A stretch of DNA of 64,000 bases from Tubiluchus corallicola (lineage: Eukaryota > Animalia > Priapulida): the NCBI GenBank assembly GCA_030141605.1, contig JAQGDQ010000949.1, positions 13,821 to 77,820 on the forward strand, in the 5' to 3' direction. The notes beneath the pieces were generated by a model, which searched no databases, had not been told where the DNA came from, and saw nothing but the letters and a program-made list of their open reading frames with translations. Positions within the stretch are counted from its first letter, which is position 1, and each line of letters starts with the position of its first letter. Below are positions 37,801 through 50,195 of this stretch, in pieces. The translations under genes and the position numbers were made by a program.

Positions 37801-40800
37801 TTACTTTATAGTTAACAATGAAACACTTTTTTGATAAAGAATTCCGCAGATAATTTTTTGTTAGAAATTTGCCATGGTGTTTTTAAATACTGATGCTTCT
37901 AAATATTCTTTTACAAACAGAGTGCTCGATATGTGGAATAGTATACTGTCAAAGATTGTCAAAACAACTGATGTTCTTTTTCATTCAAACTACTTACATC
38001 TATTATATTAATATTCTTGGTATCTTAATATATTTATTTATTTATATATATATATATCTATCATATTAATATTCTTGGTATCTTAATATATTTATTTAAT
38101 TATATATATATATAAGATTCGAGGCTACAGCTTCGACGAGGGCACCATTTGCGGCGATCTATATATCAAACGAAAGGTCTCGATCTAGTGTCGTCTCATT
38201 GATGGTTTATTTTTCCAATCGGGCCCACCGGGAGGAAGGGAGAAGAAAAACCTCCCAAAATGGCCATTTTTCGGCCGTTTTTTGCAAAAGTTATACGGCT
38301 GAGATGCAGAGAACGGGAATGGGCCGAGGGTGGTGCTGGGTATAGACAGATAGCCCGTTCAGCGGTGGGTGTCATAGGCAAATTTAGAATTCGCGAGAGG
38401 ACCTCGACGTCCCGTAACGGGCGTTTTCCCGGACCCAACTCGCGATTTCTTGGAAATTTTGGCCAAACAGCCTGCAGAAAAAATGTTCTAGATATATTAT
38501 AAAAGGATATAAAAGGAGATATATAGCTCTTTAGAAAGAGGAAGAAAGGGGCTACACGGTGTGGGCTATATTTTAGGATTTATCCATTTTATCCATTTCT
38601 GAAACGCTAGCTAATAATATTTAATTTTAACGACTTTATTGTGTCAATACAATTGTACATTTAGATCAGATCAATTGAATAAATCAGAAGTGGTCGAGGG
38701 AAGAAATTTGGTATGCAATAAGACATCCTGCATCTGGGGACGTGAATGACACAATATTGAGAACGAACAACAAAACGACAACAATTATTAATTAACCACA
38801 AGTGATTCACTAAAGCTAGCGATATGACTTTGCAATCCATTAAATATTGCTTTTATTTTGTATTCAGGCTTCAATGATGGAGTGCTGCTAATGGATCTAA
38901 AGAAGATGCGTGATGTTGACTTTACTTCCAAAATTTTAGATCTGTTGAGTAAACATCACAAAGATGCTATAACGGGAGATCAGTGCATTTTGAATGCTTA
39001 CGGGAGTAAACATTTTGGTAAAATAAAATTAATTTCGTTTTGTTTCTGAATTGGTTTTTATAGGAATAAAGGAAAGATGGGGATGGCGTTTCAGTCTACC
39101 TCTTTGTAGCATATTCTTTGAAAAAAGGAAAGAAGTACAAATACTTATCAATATTACTTTTTAAAAATTTTATGGTCAGACCACATTTACTAAGTGCACA
39201 AGAACTCATTTTCCTTTAGCACAGAAAAAACTTCATACAAAAATACAATAATAATAGTAGAGTCAACATTTCTGTGGGTTAAGTGTAATAAATCTTAGCA
39301 AACTTCTTCTGGTAGGCAAAAGTTCAAACAATGCCGTTACTTCACACAATCCGCATTTTAAGATAAAATTTTAGTCAACATCATCGTAAGAAAAAATCGT
39401 GTCTTAACGATTATAATTGATATACAAATTACATAAATATATAACTCCAAGTTAGAACCAAAAATAAATTGACGAGAAATATATTGAAATTAAGATTGGT
39501 CGAGAAATCATTAAAACATGAAACATGAAATAATTAATTAAGAAGGCCAAAGGTTAATAAAATCGTTACCTCTTTGTATGTCAAATGAAAAGTTTTTTCT
39601 TTAATTTTGGCCTGGACTGCAGGACCGCAGCTTACAAGAAATACATCAGGTAAAATGTATGAATTGGACAGGAGGAATAAATTGCACAAACTTCTAATTA
39701 AATAAATTCTAATTTACGGTTTTCTTTGTATTACTTTCGTTTGTATTCCTTTAAACAAATTTAGCAAGTGGAATATTTTTCAGATTCTTAAAGATATATT
39801 TCTAAAGAGAAAATTGATCTCTACAGCAGAAATTTTGTGAAAAAATTGTAATTGTAATTGCTTATGCTGTTATCATAAAACCAAAAGATATTTTTATACT
39901 TTCTAGTTCAGACAGCGCTTCCATAAAATGCATTAGGTGAAAAGTTTAACAGAATAGTTTCTAGACAAACCAAGAATAACAAATTTTATTTCAGATATTA
40001 TTATTGATTTAAATTGTAAAGTTTGAAACATTATTAACTTTTTACTAAGTAAAATAAAATTTTTGCATTATAGTCATTGTGGAAGAAAAACACAAAATTA
40101 AACAAGAATTTAATTGCAGACAGAATCTTTGTCCTCCCTTGTGAGTGGAACATCGGAATGGACATTATTCGACAGAAGCAAATTTGTAAATCTGCAAAAG
40201 GAAATGGACTTGGTATTCTGCATGGTACATCGATGCATTTTTACAGGAAGTCTTCAGATTTTCCAGAGTTCCTGTTGGTGAGAATGATCTATCATCTATA
40301 CAACAATGTAAGCAAATAAATTTTATACAAATTTTTATACAGTTTTCTAACTAGCCCACTCTGTCTTCAATTTCAAATCTGATTTACAAGCAGAATGTTG
40401 GCCTATAATTTTCTCAAGTGAGAGCTCATAAATACAAGAATCCAAAAACAACCCTAATAATTGTTAATCATACAACAGCAGCACGTTAACTACAACCATC
40501 ACGTATAATGTACAAACAGTAAGGTAAAGCAAAGTCGTCAGCCGTATTAGTTCAGTAATTTTAATTGTTTTACGTGGCCTTTAATTAATTACACATTTGT
40601 CTGTGTGCATACGATTTATTAGCAGAATCTCGCTGGGGGGAACAAGAAACATGAGCAATATGTAGGTAAGATTCTAACTAGCTGTTAAAACTTTTACTAT
40701 TGCAATAAAATGGGCTGTGATGCTGTAACGATCTGACGATTGGGGGTAGGTTGTTTGATCGAAGGTAGTCGTTGGTTTACAATTTGACTGTACCGTCCGA

Positions 40801-43800
40801 GCTAAAGAAATGGGGACCAATCATCTACCTGTCAGCTCCAGACAGTGGCAAGAATATAGGCAGTCTACGGGTGGGGGGGGGTGTTTATTGAGCAGAGTGG
40901 TGCGGGTGTGGAGTGATCTGTTGAACTCATTGTGATAATGCAAACGACGATGCGTAGGTAACTAATGCACAAACAATCAATTGCATGAAATATTGTAGAA
41001 ATAATTATTAAGCAATAACAAAAAAATGTATGTAAAAAAACACTATCATTAGTCAAACACTAATTTAACTACTTTTGAATGAGCTAAATATGGTAACCTT
41101 TTACCATGCTCACAAAATAAACAAAACGCTTTAAGCTTGGGACTTACTGTATCAAGTCAATAAACTAACAAATAAATTGGCAAATAATGCTCAACAGCTA
41201 AACCTAACTAAAAGGGGTACCCATGTGCCTAACTACACGCCAACCCAAATGATGTAATCCTCGCTAGCGCTATGATGATCAACCGGCATTATCTCACTTA
41301 GAAAATACACAATGGAGGTTCAGTAGGCCTACTAAGTCTAACGTAGGGCGCCTCTATGATGAGGTTGCTGATCAGTGTCTATTGATGTCACCTCTATGAT
41401 GAGTCTGCAGCTCAGTGTCTCTTAATATCACTACCAATTTCTTGAAAAGCGAGGAGGTTAATGTCAGCTTCTACGCAACTGCTAGCATCAGATAAGCAAA
41501 TACTGAATCGCGTTACTTACAGTCTCTGGGTTGTACTAGGGGGGTGCCTCGTCACCTGAAACATGGATCCGCCTCTCAACGGCTTGCCGGTACGCCCATA
41601 GCACTTCCCAACGATACGATTACAGTAATGGGACAAAGACTTAATTGTCACCAAACTTTGTGGAAATCTCTACCACCAAAAACATCTGCCCAGGGGCGTC
41701 GTGCACCAAAAAAATTGGGGGGGGGGGGCGACTGTATATAATGGCGGAACTTAACTGTTTAAAAAACGTATAATTTTGAATTCCCACACAGTATTTTGTG
41801 TGCAAGAAAAACGATTTATTTATTCCTAACTGGCATTTAACTTAAAGCTATAGCAACGGAAACTTAATTAAAATTAAAAATTAAATTAAAATTTAATTAA
41901 GTATTTATTAGCTGTCAGGAATCCAAAGATTCGGCGAAAAGACCTAGTAGGAGAAAAATCATGAAATCTGCTCAAAATGACGCCCTTTTATGCAGCAAAC
42001 TCGTGGGAAAGAGTCACTAAGGAGTAGCAAAGAGTCGTTAATGTCCAATCAGGAGGTGGCTGAGCCATGGCTCATCAATTGGTATCTCCCAAACCGACTC
42101 TCTGGTACTAGGCTAGCTGGACAAACTGACTCTCTGGTACTAGGCAAGCTCAACATGACTTCAATGTCTGCATTGTTTTTGCTCTATTATTTCACTTATT
42201 CTCTATAATAACCCACTGCTGAACGAAGCTCCAGTGCTAACTGAGCCGTTTTGTTAACTAACAGTCTTTTGTGCACAGAGGCTAATGCTACTAAACGAGC
42301 TGCTTTGTTAACTGTTCCTGCCTGCCTCCTGAATAGATTACATGCAAACAAATTAACTACATCCTGACTTTCAGGTAAACACATCTGGTCAGGCACGTAC
42401 TAACAGTCAGAATAATTTAACTCGGGACAAACTTTAATGATAAAAAATATTATTGGGCTACTGTACCGAATGATCTGCCCAGTCAGTTGTCCAATAGTTT
42501 CAGACCTCATGGACAAAGTCACCATACGATATAACTGACTACCCCGACAATACTAGTTGCACGTCATATCAGTCTACTTGCCTTACCTGGAGTAAAGTTG
42601 CTGACCTCTTTTCCATACCTGCGAGAGTAGTAGTAGTCATAGGATTACTCTGGCTTCCTACAGCTATTATTACAAGCGATTAAACCAGCCCTCCCGCAGT
42701 ACTTACTAACCTTGGCTAATGGCTATTATCGTTTACAGGCTACAGAAAAGATCTTTTTCATACTAATATTATCTTATTCCCACATTTGAACAAAATGTAG
42801 AATACATATTGAGAATTTCACAGCATAGAAGGGCCAAAAATGATTGGGGGATGTATTTTCTTTCTGAAACACTGCAACTGGGATGGCGAACCAACTGACA
42901 GACTAACTGAACAAACACCATACTCACATGACATAAGCTGCAACACTAGTCTATTTATGTAGGAAGCAGACATGCATGTTTTAGACGCATTGTCAAGTAC
43001 GCGAATATGTAATCTGGTACACTTAACCTTTGACCTTTCACAATCATCGTCAATCGTTGTGAAAACGGCTTATTTGTTGTATTATTTTTTATGCAGGCTG
43101 GCACTTGACAAACCTATTGAATACTTAATGACATGGCCTGAGCCTATTTAATGTCAAAGCCTGTGGCTGCAAGAATTTTACATTTCTTACAATGCAGTTT
43201 ATTTTGAATCTTATTCCATTACAATATTCTACGGCACACACTCGCGCAAACAGTCAAGCAATAAAAACTAGTAATATCAACGCGTTAATTACGCAACATA
43301 GTAAAACCTGAGAAAAAAATACAAACGCCGTTACCGTAAGCTGCTCTAAGTTACTGCAAATCACATATCTATCAAAATTTACAGAAAGAGCAGAGGTAAA
43401 ATTTTGCGCAGTAGCTGTTAATCAAGTAAGATTTCGTATCATCAGCACAAATTTCTGATCAAAGTAAAAGTGGAATATACTTGAATATACATTAGCTGAG
43501 TTTGGTAAGCACTATCTTTCAATCTGCACATATAATAATGGCCTAGAGTACTTCTCATAGGCACTAATGTTGCTCCAATATACAATTGATCATTGCCGAG
43601 CATCAAAAATTTATCGGCAGAATTACCAGGGCTAAAAATGCTGATGTTCTCAATAGCAAAATAAAGACAACAGTTTATGAGTGTATGTAAATTTCATATA
43701 GTTGATCATTGGCATTCAGAATGTGATACTGGTTAGAACATGTTACTGGTTCAACGACTACAAACTCGTTCAACGCTGGTTCACGTTCAACAACACGTTC

Positions 43801-44103
43801 ATGATAGTATGTTTCCGTGTACAGCAACTGGGGAAAATGAAAGTAGGAGACACGGCGTAACTACACGTATCAAAACTTACAGTTTGGGGAGAAAGTTTAA
43901 CTAAAGCTTTTTAACGTCAAATTTTATGTGTGTTTCAGCTGCCACTGTGTGAACCAAAGGAATGTGTTGCCAAGGAACTTTCCAGACTAGAGAATTACGC
44001 TCGACATAGAGAAATTTACAACAGCACCTTACTGGAGTCATTTGCAGCTTCAATTGGTAGCAATAAATCGCAACACGAAAACGACCCAGGACAGAAGAAA
44101 TAG
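28851..44103 (+). CDS. Spliced GT8 glycosyltransferase, glucoside xylosyltransferase (GXYLT/shams)-like; start-codon exon uncertain
   Basis: Seven AG/GT-bounded, phase-compatible exons: 28851-28962 (TM), 31704-31867, 34213-34329, 37014-37209, 38868-39017, 40120-40307, 43939-44103 (TAG); total 1092 nt. Motifs IKSALM…LRFHII, W…FRRGAAVRLFL, LYVDVD (DxD), GFNDGVLLMDL, GDQCILN, LPCEWN, ILHG. Candidate ATG at 28731 has only a weak donor. Confidence 0.88.
29985..30055 (+). mobile_element. LINE RT micro-fragment (intronic)
   Basis: Reads RGIPQGTLLGPLLFCLYLN. Confidence 0.65.
32030..33250 (+). mobile_element. Decayed LINE ORF2 in an intron of the GT8 gene
   Basis: RISLLSLLSEIFEKIMY, QFGF..KHST, GIFLDLS..FDKV, KLEHYGIRG, GICQGSTLSPLL, NKLTLNHKKTK, IKYLG, KLWSSLP. 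Confidence 0.8.
34700..34948. mobile_element. PIF/Harbinger-type MITE (249 bp, intronic)
   Basis: TTA on both sides; imperfect ~30-bp TIR (TGGCGCATTCAGACATAG… / …CTATGCTGAACTCGCCA); internal ~59-bp tandem duplication. Confidence 0.7.
38105..38612. mobile_element. GC-rich ~500-bp intronic insertion, probably a non-autonomous (Helitron-like) element
   Basis: Abrupt GC rise; starts in a (TA)n tract and ends near CTAG. Preceded by a ~58-bp tandem duplication (37998-38113). Class assignment is weak. Confidence 0.35.
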
Positions 44104-45067
44104 AAGCTACTGATGATTAAATTAGAACAACTGAGAACAAAGTCTTTAGTGATTTACTTGATATGACAATCCTAATTTATTTGTAAAACATTTTTATTTC
44201 ACACTTTTTGTATTTCGCCTGCTAACAAAACTTGGGACTGTGATGACAAGGGTTGTAGCCTGTAATTATTATTATAATGATAACTGTTTACAGGTTTTTC
44301 GTGCGGGAGATAATCCGTTATTTGTTACTATCAACCGAATCTGCAAAAATATCTGAAGCTGGAATCGAACCTGCAACGTTATTTAATATTATATATCAGC
44401 AGAATGGTACCCCCCTTGAGAGTAACATTCTTAATGTAAAAGATACCAGCAGTTTATTGTCAGGATGCTTTTGTCCCAAGTTTGCCTAAAATTTAGTGTA
44501 CTATAACTGTGGCTCTATAAATGTGAGAGAATAACAGCATGTAAATAAACAAACTACAATATTAAATTATAGATAACTACAGATAAATGATCAGGCAAGT
44601 ATGTTCTAGCCTATCCATGCTTGCAAAACTAACATTTTAAAAGTGCACCCACAACTCGTTTGTAGCCAATCAGGACTAAGCAAAGTATAATTGTTGCACT
44701 GTAACTTTGTAACACCTGTTCTCAATGTGAAAATCCGTTTGGCCTAAAATGCTGTAAATGTTTTTATGTCGGGATGGCAAGATTATCACTATAACACTGG
44801 TGCTAACACACCATAAATACTTAAAGAAACAGCAAGCTTTATTTGATCTAAGGCTGTGGGTCCCTGGCGAGTTTCCTTAACGTGAGAATCTAACATTATC
44901 AGAACAGATAGACAAACGACCAATTAGCTATAAACTCAATATTATTTAACATAGGAAAAACACATTGGAGAAATAATAAACAAATATATACTACAAATTA
45001 TAGTTTAGCTACTGTCTTTAATTTTACCCGGGATTTTAAATGTATCACAAAACACCATAAACTGTAC

Positions 45068-45797
45068 TTATCGTGAGTCTCTGTGCACACGTTGGCTAGC
45101 TAGCTTAACCTCGTCACTGTCGCTGTCGACAGCGGCGTGTACTGGAACACTCTGACGGCAGTCTTCCCAAATGGTAACTTCAGGGTCAGACAATGACGTG
45201 ACAGCAGGCGTGGCATTAACTCCATCAACTGAGTAATGCGCTGTATCAAGTCCGGCGTATCTGAAGACACTGACAGGAAGACTGACCACAGGCTGGTTCT
45301 CTGAGAACTACCAATAGTCCATTTCACGACCTGGTCTCCTCCACCATAAACGACAAAGTCTCTAGGGGCTTCCTAAATAACGGACAGCCCACGATCACAA
45401 AGACTGAGTATAACCATTGTAAAAGTGCTCTGTTTCTGCTTAGGAAATGCCATTAATAAATGCAATATTATCCTTTAAACCAAGAATTGATAAAACTCAA
45501 GTAGAGCAACCATATTGCAAAGCCACACCTTTCACACCTTGTTCTGTGGCCTCGTTTTTCCAGGTAAACCTGTTTGCTCTCAGCTGAGTGGTTGCATATC
45601 CTGTAAAGGTTGGTTCATCACCTAAACCTGACCAATCAAACAGGTTATAAAGAGTAGCAGCTGTGAATGTCGTATTTATCATCACTCAGGATTGGTGGTC
45701 AAACTTGCCAAATAAGGAAGCACACCTGTCAAGTTCATGTCCCTGGTTTCTTTCATTGATAAACAAAGTTGACAGTAGATGGCACTACTATACTAGT
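45068..45797 (-). pseudogene. Unidentified coding-like remnant
   Basis: Higher GC and protein-like frames (LFINERNQGHELDRCASLFGKFDHQS*VMINTTFTAATLYNLFDWSGLG…; EAPRDFVVYGGGDQVVKWTIG…; VVSLPVSVFRYAGLD…) with AG acceptors at the block starts, but an internal TGA and an apparent frameshift. Confidence 0.3.
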
Positions 45798-46036
45798 CTG
45801 AGAGATAATAATTACATATATAAACAAAATAAACTTTTCATTTAGCACTACAAAATTAAACTCATTGGCGCTACTCTGCTTAACTTAGCACACTTAATTG
45901 TAGAAATTTAATCAGTACGATAAAATGAGAGCACTATTGTATAGGGCTGTCACAGAGCTCCCCCAGAAAAGAATTTTACCAAAATTCAAGGAGTACAAGA
46001 AACATTTCTACAACATTTCAAATGGCAAACAACAAC

Positions 46037-46067
<31 letters not shown>

Positions 46068-46329
46068 TTGTTTGGAAATGCAAATATAATATCTAGAAAC
46101 ACAGAGAAAAATAGATATTAATAAAAATGATTTAATTTTGATATGATAACATGCATATAATAAATGGCAAGAACCAGAAGTAAAACTTATTAGATGCTTG
46201 CACCATTGTAAACACGTCAACATAATACTAAAGAAAAAAAGTACAAAAAACCCCGAGGGTTTTAGGCAATTTAAAAAAAAAGTTGTGCAAAGCAAGGATA
46301 GAAGTAATGGATAAAAGGAATGTTCAAAA

Positions 46330-47150
46330 GGATAGGAAGAGTAGCTTATGAAGATTCATCTCATGAGATGACGAACCACTCTAGATTCTACTCAAAAAGA
46401 ACACAAGGCTATGACTGTTGTGTCACACAGGAACAATAGGTAGTCACAGAGACTAATTTTTATATGAAGGAAACATGTATCGTTTAACTGACGTTTTAAA
46501 GCGGTAAATGTTCACTGGCACTTTACATTTGGGTGGTAGTGAGTTCCAAAGTTTAGGTCCGCTATGGCTAATGAAATGTTTTGCAATATTGGTTCTGCAG
46601 TAACTGAGTTTTTAATCATTATAGCGAGTATTATGTGATATGACATTCTTAAATACAGTGTTCTTGAAACATGTAGGGAATAGGCCATTGTTAGTCTTAT
46701 AAACAAAAATGGCTGTGTTATAGAAAATCAGATCATCAATTATTAGTATTCTACACTCATTATAACATGATTTAGTAACTGAACTGAATTTGAAGAGTCT
46801 GTACAGGGTGCGTATGAATTTACGTCGCAAGCTGTGAAGTGGATTTAAGTTGGTCTTGTAAGTACTACCCCGAAGTATATTTATACATGAAAAATATGGT
46901 AAGACTAATGTGTTATATAAAGTTATTAAGTGAAATTCAGTTAGGGAGTTTTGAATATATGTTATTATTCCTATATTTTTAGCTATTTTAAGTCTGATCA
47001 TATTTATATGAAAATTCCAATCAAGATTTTCGTGGAGGATAATGCTTAGAAACTTGATTTGACTAACTATTTCTATAGTTGTATCATCAATAGAAATTTT
47101 ATAATATTCTGGAAGGATAGTTTTATTTCTGGCACGAAATATAATGCAAG
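46330..47150 (-). mobile_element. LINE ORF2 3' relic
   Basis: IKFLSIILHENLDW, IAKNIGII, LITLYNTLVLPYFS, and a GPKLWNS-like 3' end. Confidence 0.75.
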
Positions 47151-47361
47151 AGATTTCCCGAGTTACGTACTAAAATGATATTAATTGTAAACAAATTAGA
47201 CAATATCTTAGTATTATCTGAAATTCCCACTCAGCGATATTTGCAGTCCTGAAGTCAAAAATGAACAACATAACTGGCAAACCAGATTATCTCTCTCTTG
47301 CAGCGCGAGTCATCCTTAAATGGCATTGTCCCAAGCATACGCTCAAAGATACTAGTGTCTC

Positions 47362-47396
47362 GTCTCTCTCTCTGTTGCCCTCCCTCTCCGTCTCTT

Positions 47397-47454
<58 letters not shown>

Positions 47455-47456
47455 AC
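47362..47456. repeat. (CT)n(CA)n compound microsatellite
   Basis: Direct inspection. Confidence 0.95.
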
Positions 47457-49229
47457 CAGCTAATAACATGTAATTAAATGTAGTTATTCAATGGACCTCA
47501 TGTTTTCGTCATGCATTTACTTTGATCCAATTTGCAGGTGAAAAATTCATCTGCTTAAACTGCTCAGATAGTGTAACTTATCCCAACTTGAATACTTGAT
47601 GGAATAATGGTCACTGTTGCACTAAGAATGGCATTATCAGTAGACTTATGTTAATCTTGTAACGTAACATCTGTATCTTGTAAGCTGCGTAACAACGCAA
47701 GATTAAAGAAACAATTCGCCTTATAACGTCAACGAAACAATTTGCAGCTTTGTTGATTCGTAACAGCGCAACAGAAGTTGAGGGAATTAACATGAGCCAC
47801 ATGATAAACACCAGTAACATTTAGTAAAGAGCGACTTTTAAAACTTTTTGCGGTGATTCTGACATATTTGTTACACTTTTGTCAAGATTCAGATTTAGTT
47901 GCCACACAGCAGCAGGGAATGTCAGATGAACAAATTTTTATTTTATTGTATTTCTGAAAGCGTTTACGAAAATAAATGTGCTTTTGACGAGTCTAGTAAA
48001 TACTTACTTATTTCTACTTGCATTTATTTTTAGGAATTTTGTTTTTCTAAGCGGGAAGCTTTCCATCATAATCCTTAGATGTTTACAAATATTCCCACAT
48101 TGGCTGCTAGATCATTGGTGTATCATTGTTATATTACAATAAGTCTTGTATGACTGCAGACAAATCTTTCTTTTTTTCTGAATGTAAATTCCTCATGTGA
48201 GAGAAGTGCTGCTGTCTGCAGTTTAAGACATTCAATTTTCGTTTTCGCAAACACGCGCAACACGCTCATGGAATATATGTGCTGTTGAGAATTATGTTAG
48301 TTTGTGACGTCATCAATAGTTGGACTCGCCCTTTACTAAGATACACACAAGTTTAAATTTCAAGCAAATTACATTGCACGACTTTAAACAACATTAATTA
48401 AGATGGACTGAATTTTAACATTTAAAAGACAATAATTTACCACATTAAAATTAATCTTACTAAAATCCATTATTAATATCTCGTGTCGCAGTGTATACAG
48501 TAGTAATGAACTTACTAATAATTAAAAAGTGCATAAGGTTTAAAACTGCTTTTAAAACGTTTAGAACGGCAAAGAGGTAAATGGAACGTCAATTGTTTAC
48601 GAAGATTGTATATATTGGTATTTACATCTTTGAAGGCCGCTATATAGATGTGAAATAACTTCGCTAAATCTTGTGTCATTGACTCAACAGAATGGATTTT
48701 CTGTGACAACTAATTAGGTTCAGCCAAGCCATTTTGAGCTTTGACAACGTATGACAAGTAGGCCCTGACTTTGGGTGCTGAATAAGGACTGCAAAATGAG
48801 CCAACTGTTAAAAAGATATCTGATTGTTTTTCAATGTTACTATCCATGTATTGAAGTTGTTTTCCCTTGTTTTGCTAAAACAAAGTATTTGTGTCGAACG
48901 AATTTCTCGTGGATTACAAAACCATCTTTTTGTTCGTCTTTTGCGAAATGGTTTAATAACGGCGAATAAGAATAGCGTATTTTCTTAGATATGATCATAA
49001 TTCAATCGTAAAGCATAAGCGGATTTTTATACTTTCGAAATGGAAGAGCAGATTCAGAATCGTTCGATAGAGAAAGGTAGACTTAAGAAGTCATAAATAT
49101 GTAGTCAGTTTGTGATCAGGCTCTCTGTTAGTCTTAAAGTACAAGAAAACCCTCCACTTTTATAAAACTTAAAAAATTCGTCTTGAAATTTTATACCACT
49201 TACATACTCACTTGTGTCGGTAGTAACGC

Positions 49230-49413
49230 TGTACAAAACATGTAAGTTTAAACTCCCGCGATGACCATTACACGCAGCCATTTTGACGATAAGTCATTTG
49301 AAACAAAATTAGAAAACACTAAATTTTAGTTTGAAAAATTATCAGAGCATTCACAACGCACGCGTCACTAAGTAAAATTTTAAATTACTGTATCTTGTCA
49401 ATAAGATTAAAAA
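49230..49413 (+). repeat. Dispersed repeat, second copy at ~55335-55512
   Basis: TTTAAACTCCCGC.ATGACC…GCAGCCATTTTGAC.ATAAGTC…AAATTTTAAATTACTGTATCTTGTCAATAAGATTAAAA is shared by both sites. Confidence 0.85.
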
Positions 49414-49583
49414 TACGTGAGTCAGCGATATTTTAACAATTGGCACAAACATTTTATATTATTATTTCTAGAAACACCAGTGTTTCAAGCAGGTAAGCAA
49501 AATTCTAAGTAACACAAGTTTGCACGGAATGTTTAACATTTCCTTTTCCTCACCTCATTTACGTTGCTCGTACATTATGTGTA

Positions 49584-50195
49584 ATGGCGCCGTAACAGTA
49601 TTGCTACAAGAATCTCGGGCAATACTTTCATACGCATTCTCATTGGCTGAGGGACTTCGCCTTGCTGACGTCAATTTAAAATGGCGGAGTTGTCGATTAC
49701 AAGATTAAAAGTTTTGTTACTGTTTTGAAAATTGGTGAAAATGCAAAACCTGAAAAAATGGAACACGAATTTTACTTTGAAGTATCATAACATAGTTTCA
49801 ACTATGATGGGTGATTTTAATGGCAATTACACAATTATCGATAATAACACATCATAAATACTACACAGATTTTACATAACACATAGAAAGACAATTAATT
49901 GGATGTATTTGATACATACAAGATTTTAGTTGCTGTGATACACAGTACTCCAAGTGTTTTGGTTTATCAGAAGACAGGTAAATCAACCACCATAACTATG
50001 GCCAGGTTATGAGAGGCAGTAGTGCAACTGCTGTACATTAGTTAGAACGTTACCTGCATTCACAACCCGTATTCAACAACTCCGCCATTTTAGTTTGACG
50101 TCATCAAGAAGAAGTCCAGCAACCAATGAGAACGCGTAGGAATCTACTACCTCGAGACTCTTGTCATGTCATGGTTTAATACTGTAGGGCTCCAT
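49584..50195. mobile_element. Foldback/MITE element with ~115-bp imperfect inverted arms
   Basis: Left arm …TTCTCATTGGCTG…TGACGTCAATTTAAAATGGCGGAGTTGT matches the reverse complement of 50070-50195. Confidence 0.75.

Noticed and set aside
38196-38502. Overlapping 80-aa ORFs in a GC-rich patch
   Set aside because: Intronic insertion, no recognisable domain, does not fit the GT8 exon chain.
41357-41372. C/D-box snoRNA-like ATGATGA…CTGA in an intron
   Set aside because: Boxes are only 5 nt apart and belong to a 41-bp tandem duplication; no terminal stem.
1-44103. Bacterial contamination or a prokaryotic polysaccharide operon
   Set aside because: Genes are kilobases apart on both strands, have type II TM anchors, and are interleaved with eukaryotic TEs and a spliced gene.
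44355-44378. tRNA T-arm/B-box (GGTTCGATTCC on the minus strand)
   Set aside because: No cloverleaf or A-box context; at most a SINE scrap.
45686-45692. In-frame TGA read as selenocysteine
   Set aside because: No redox motif or recognisable SECIS; a nearby frameshift favours decay.
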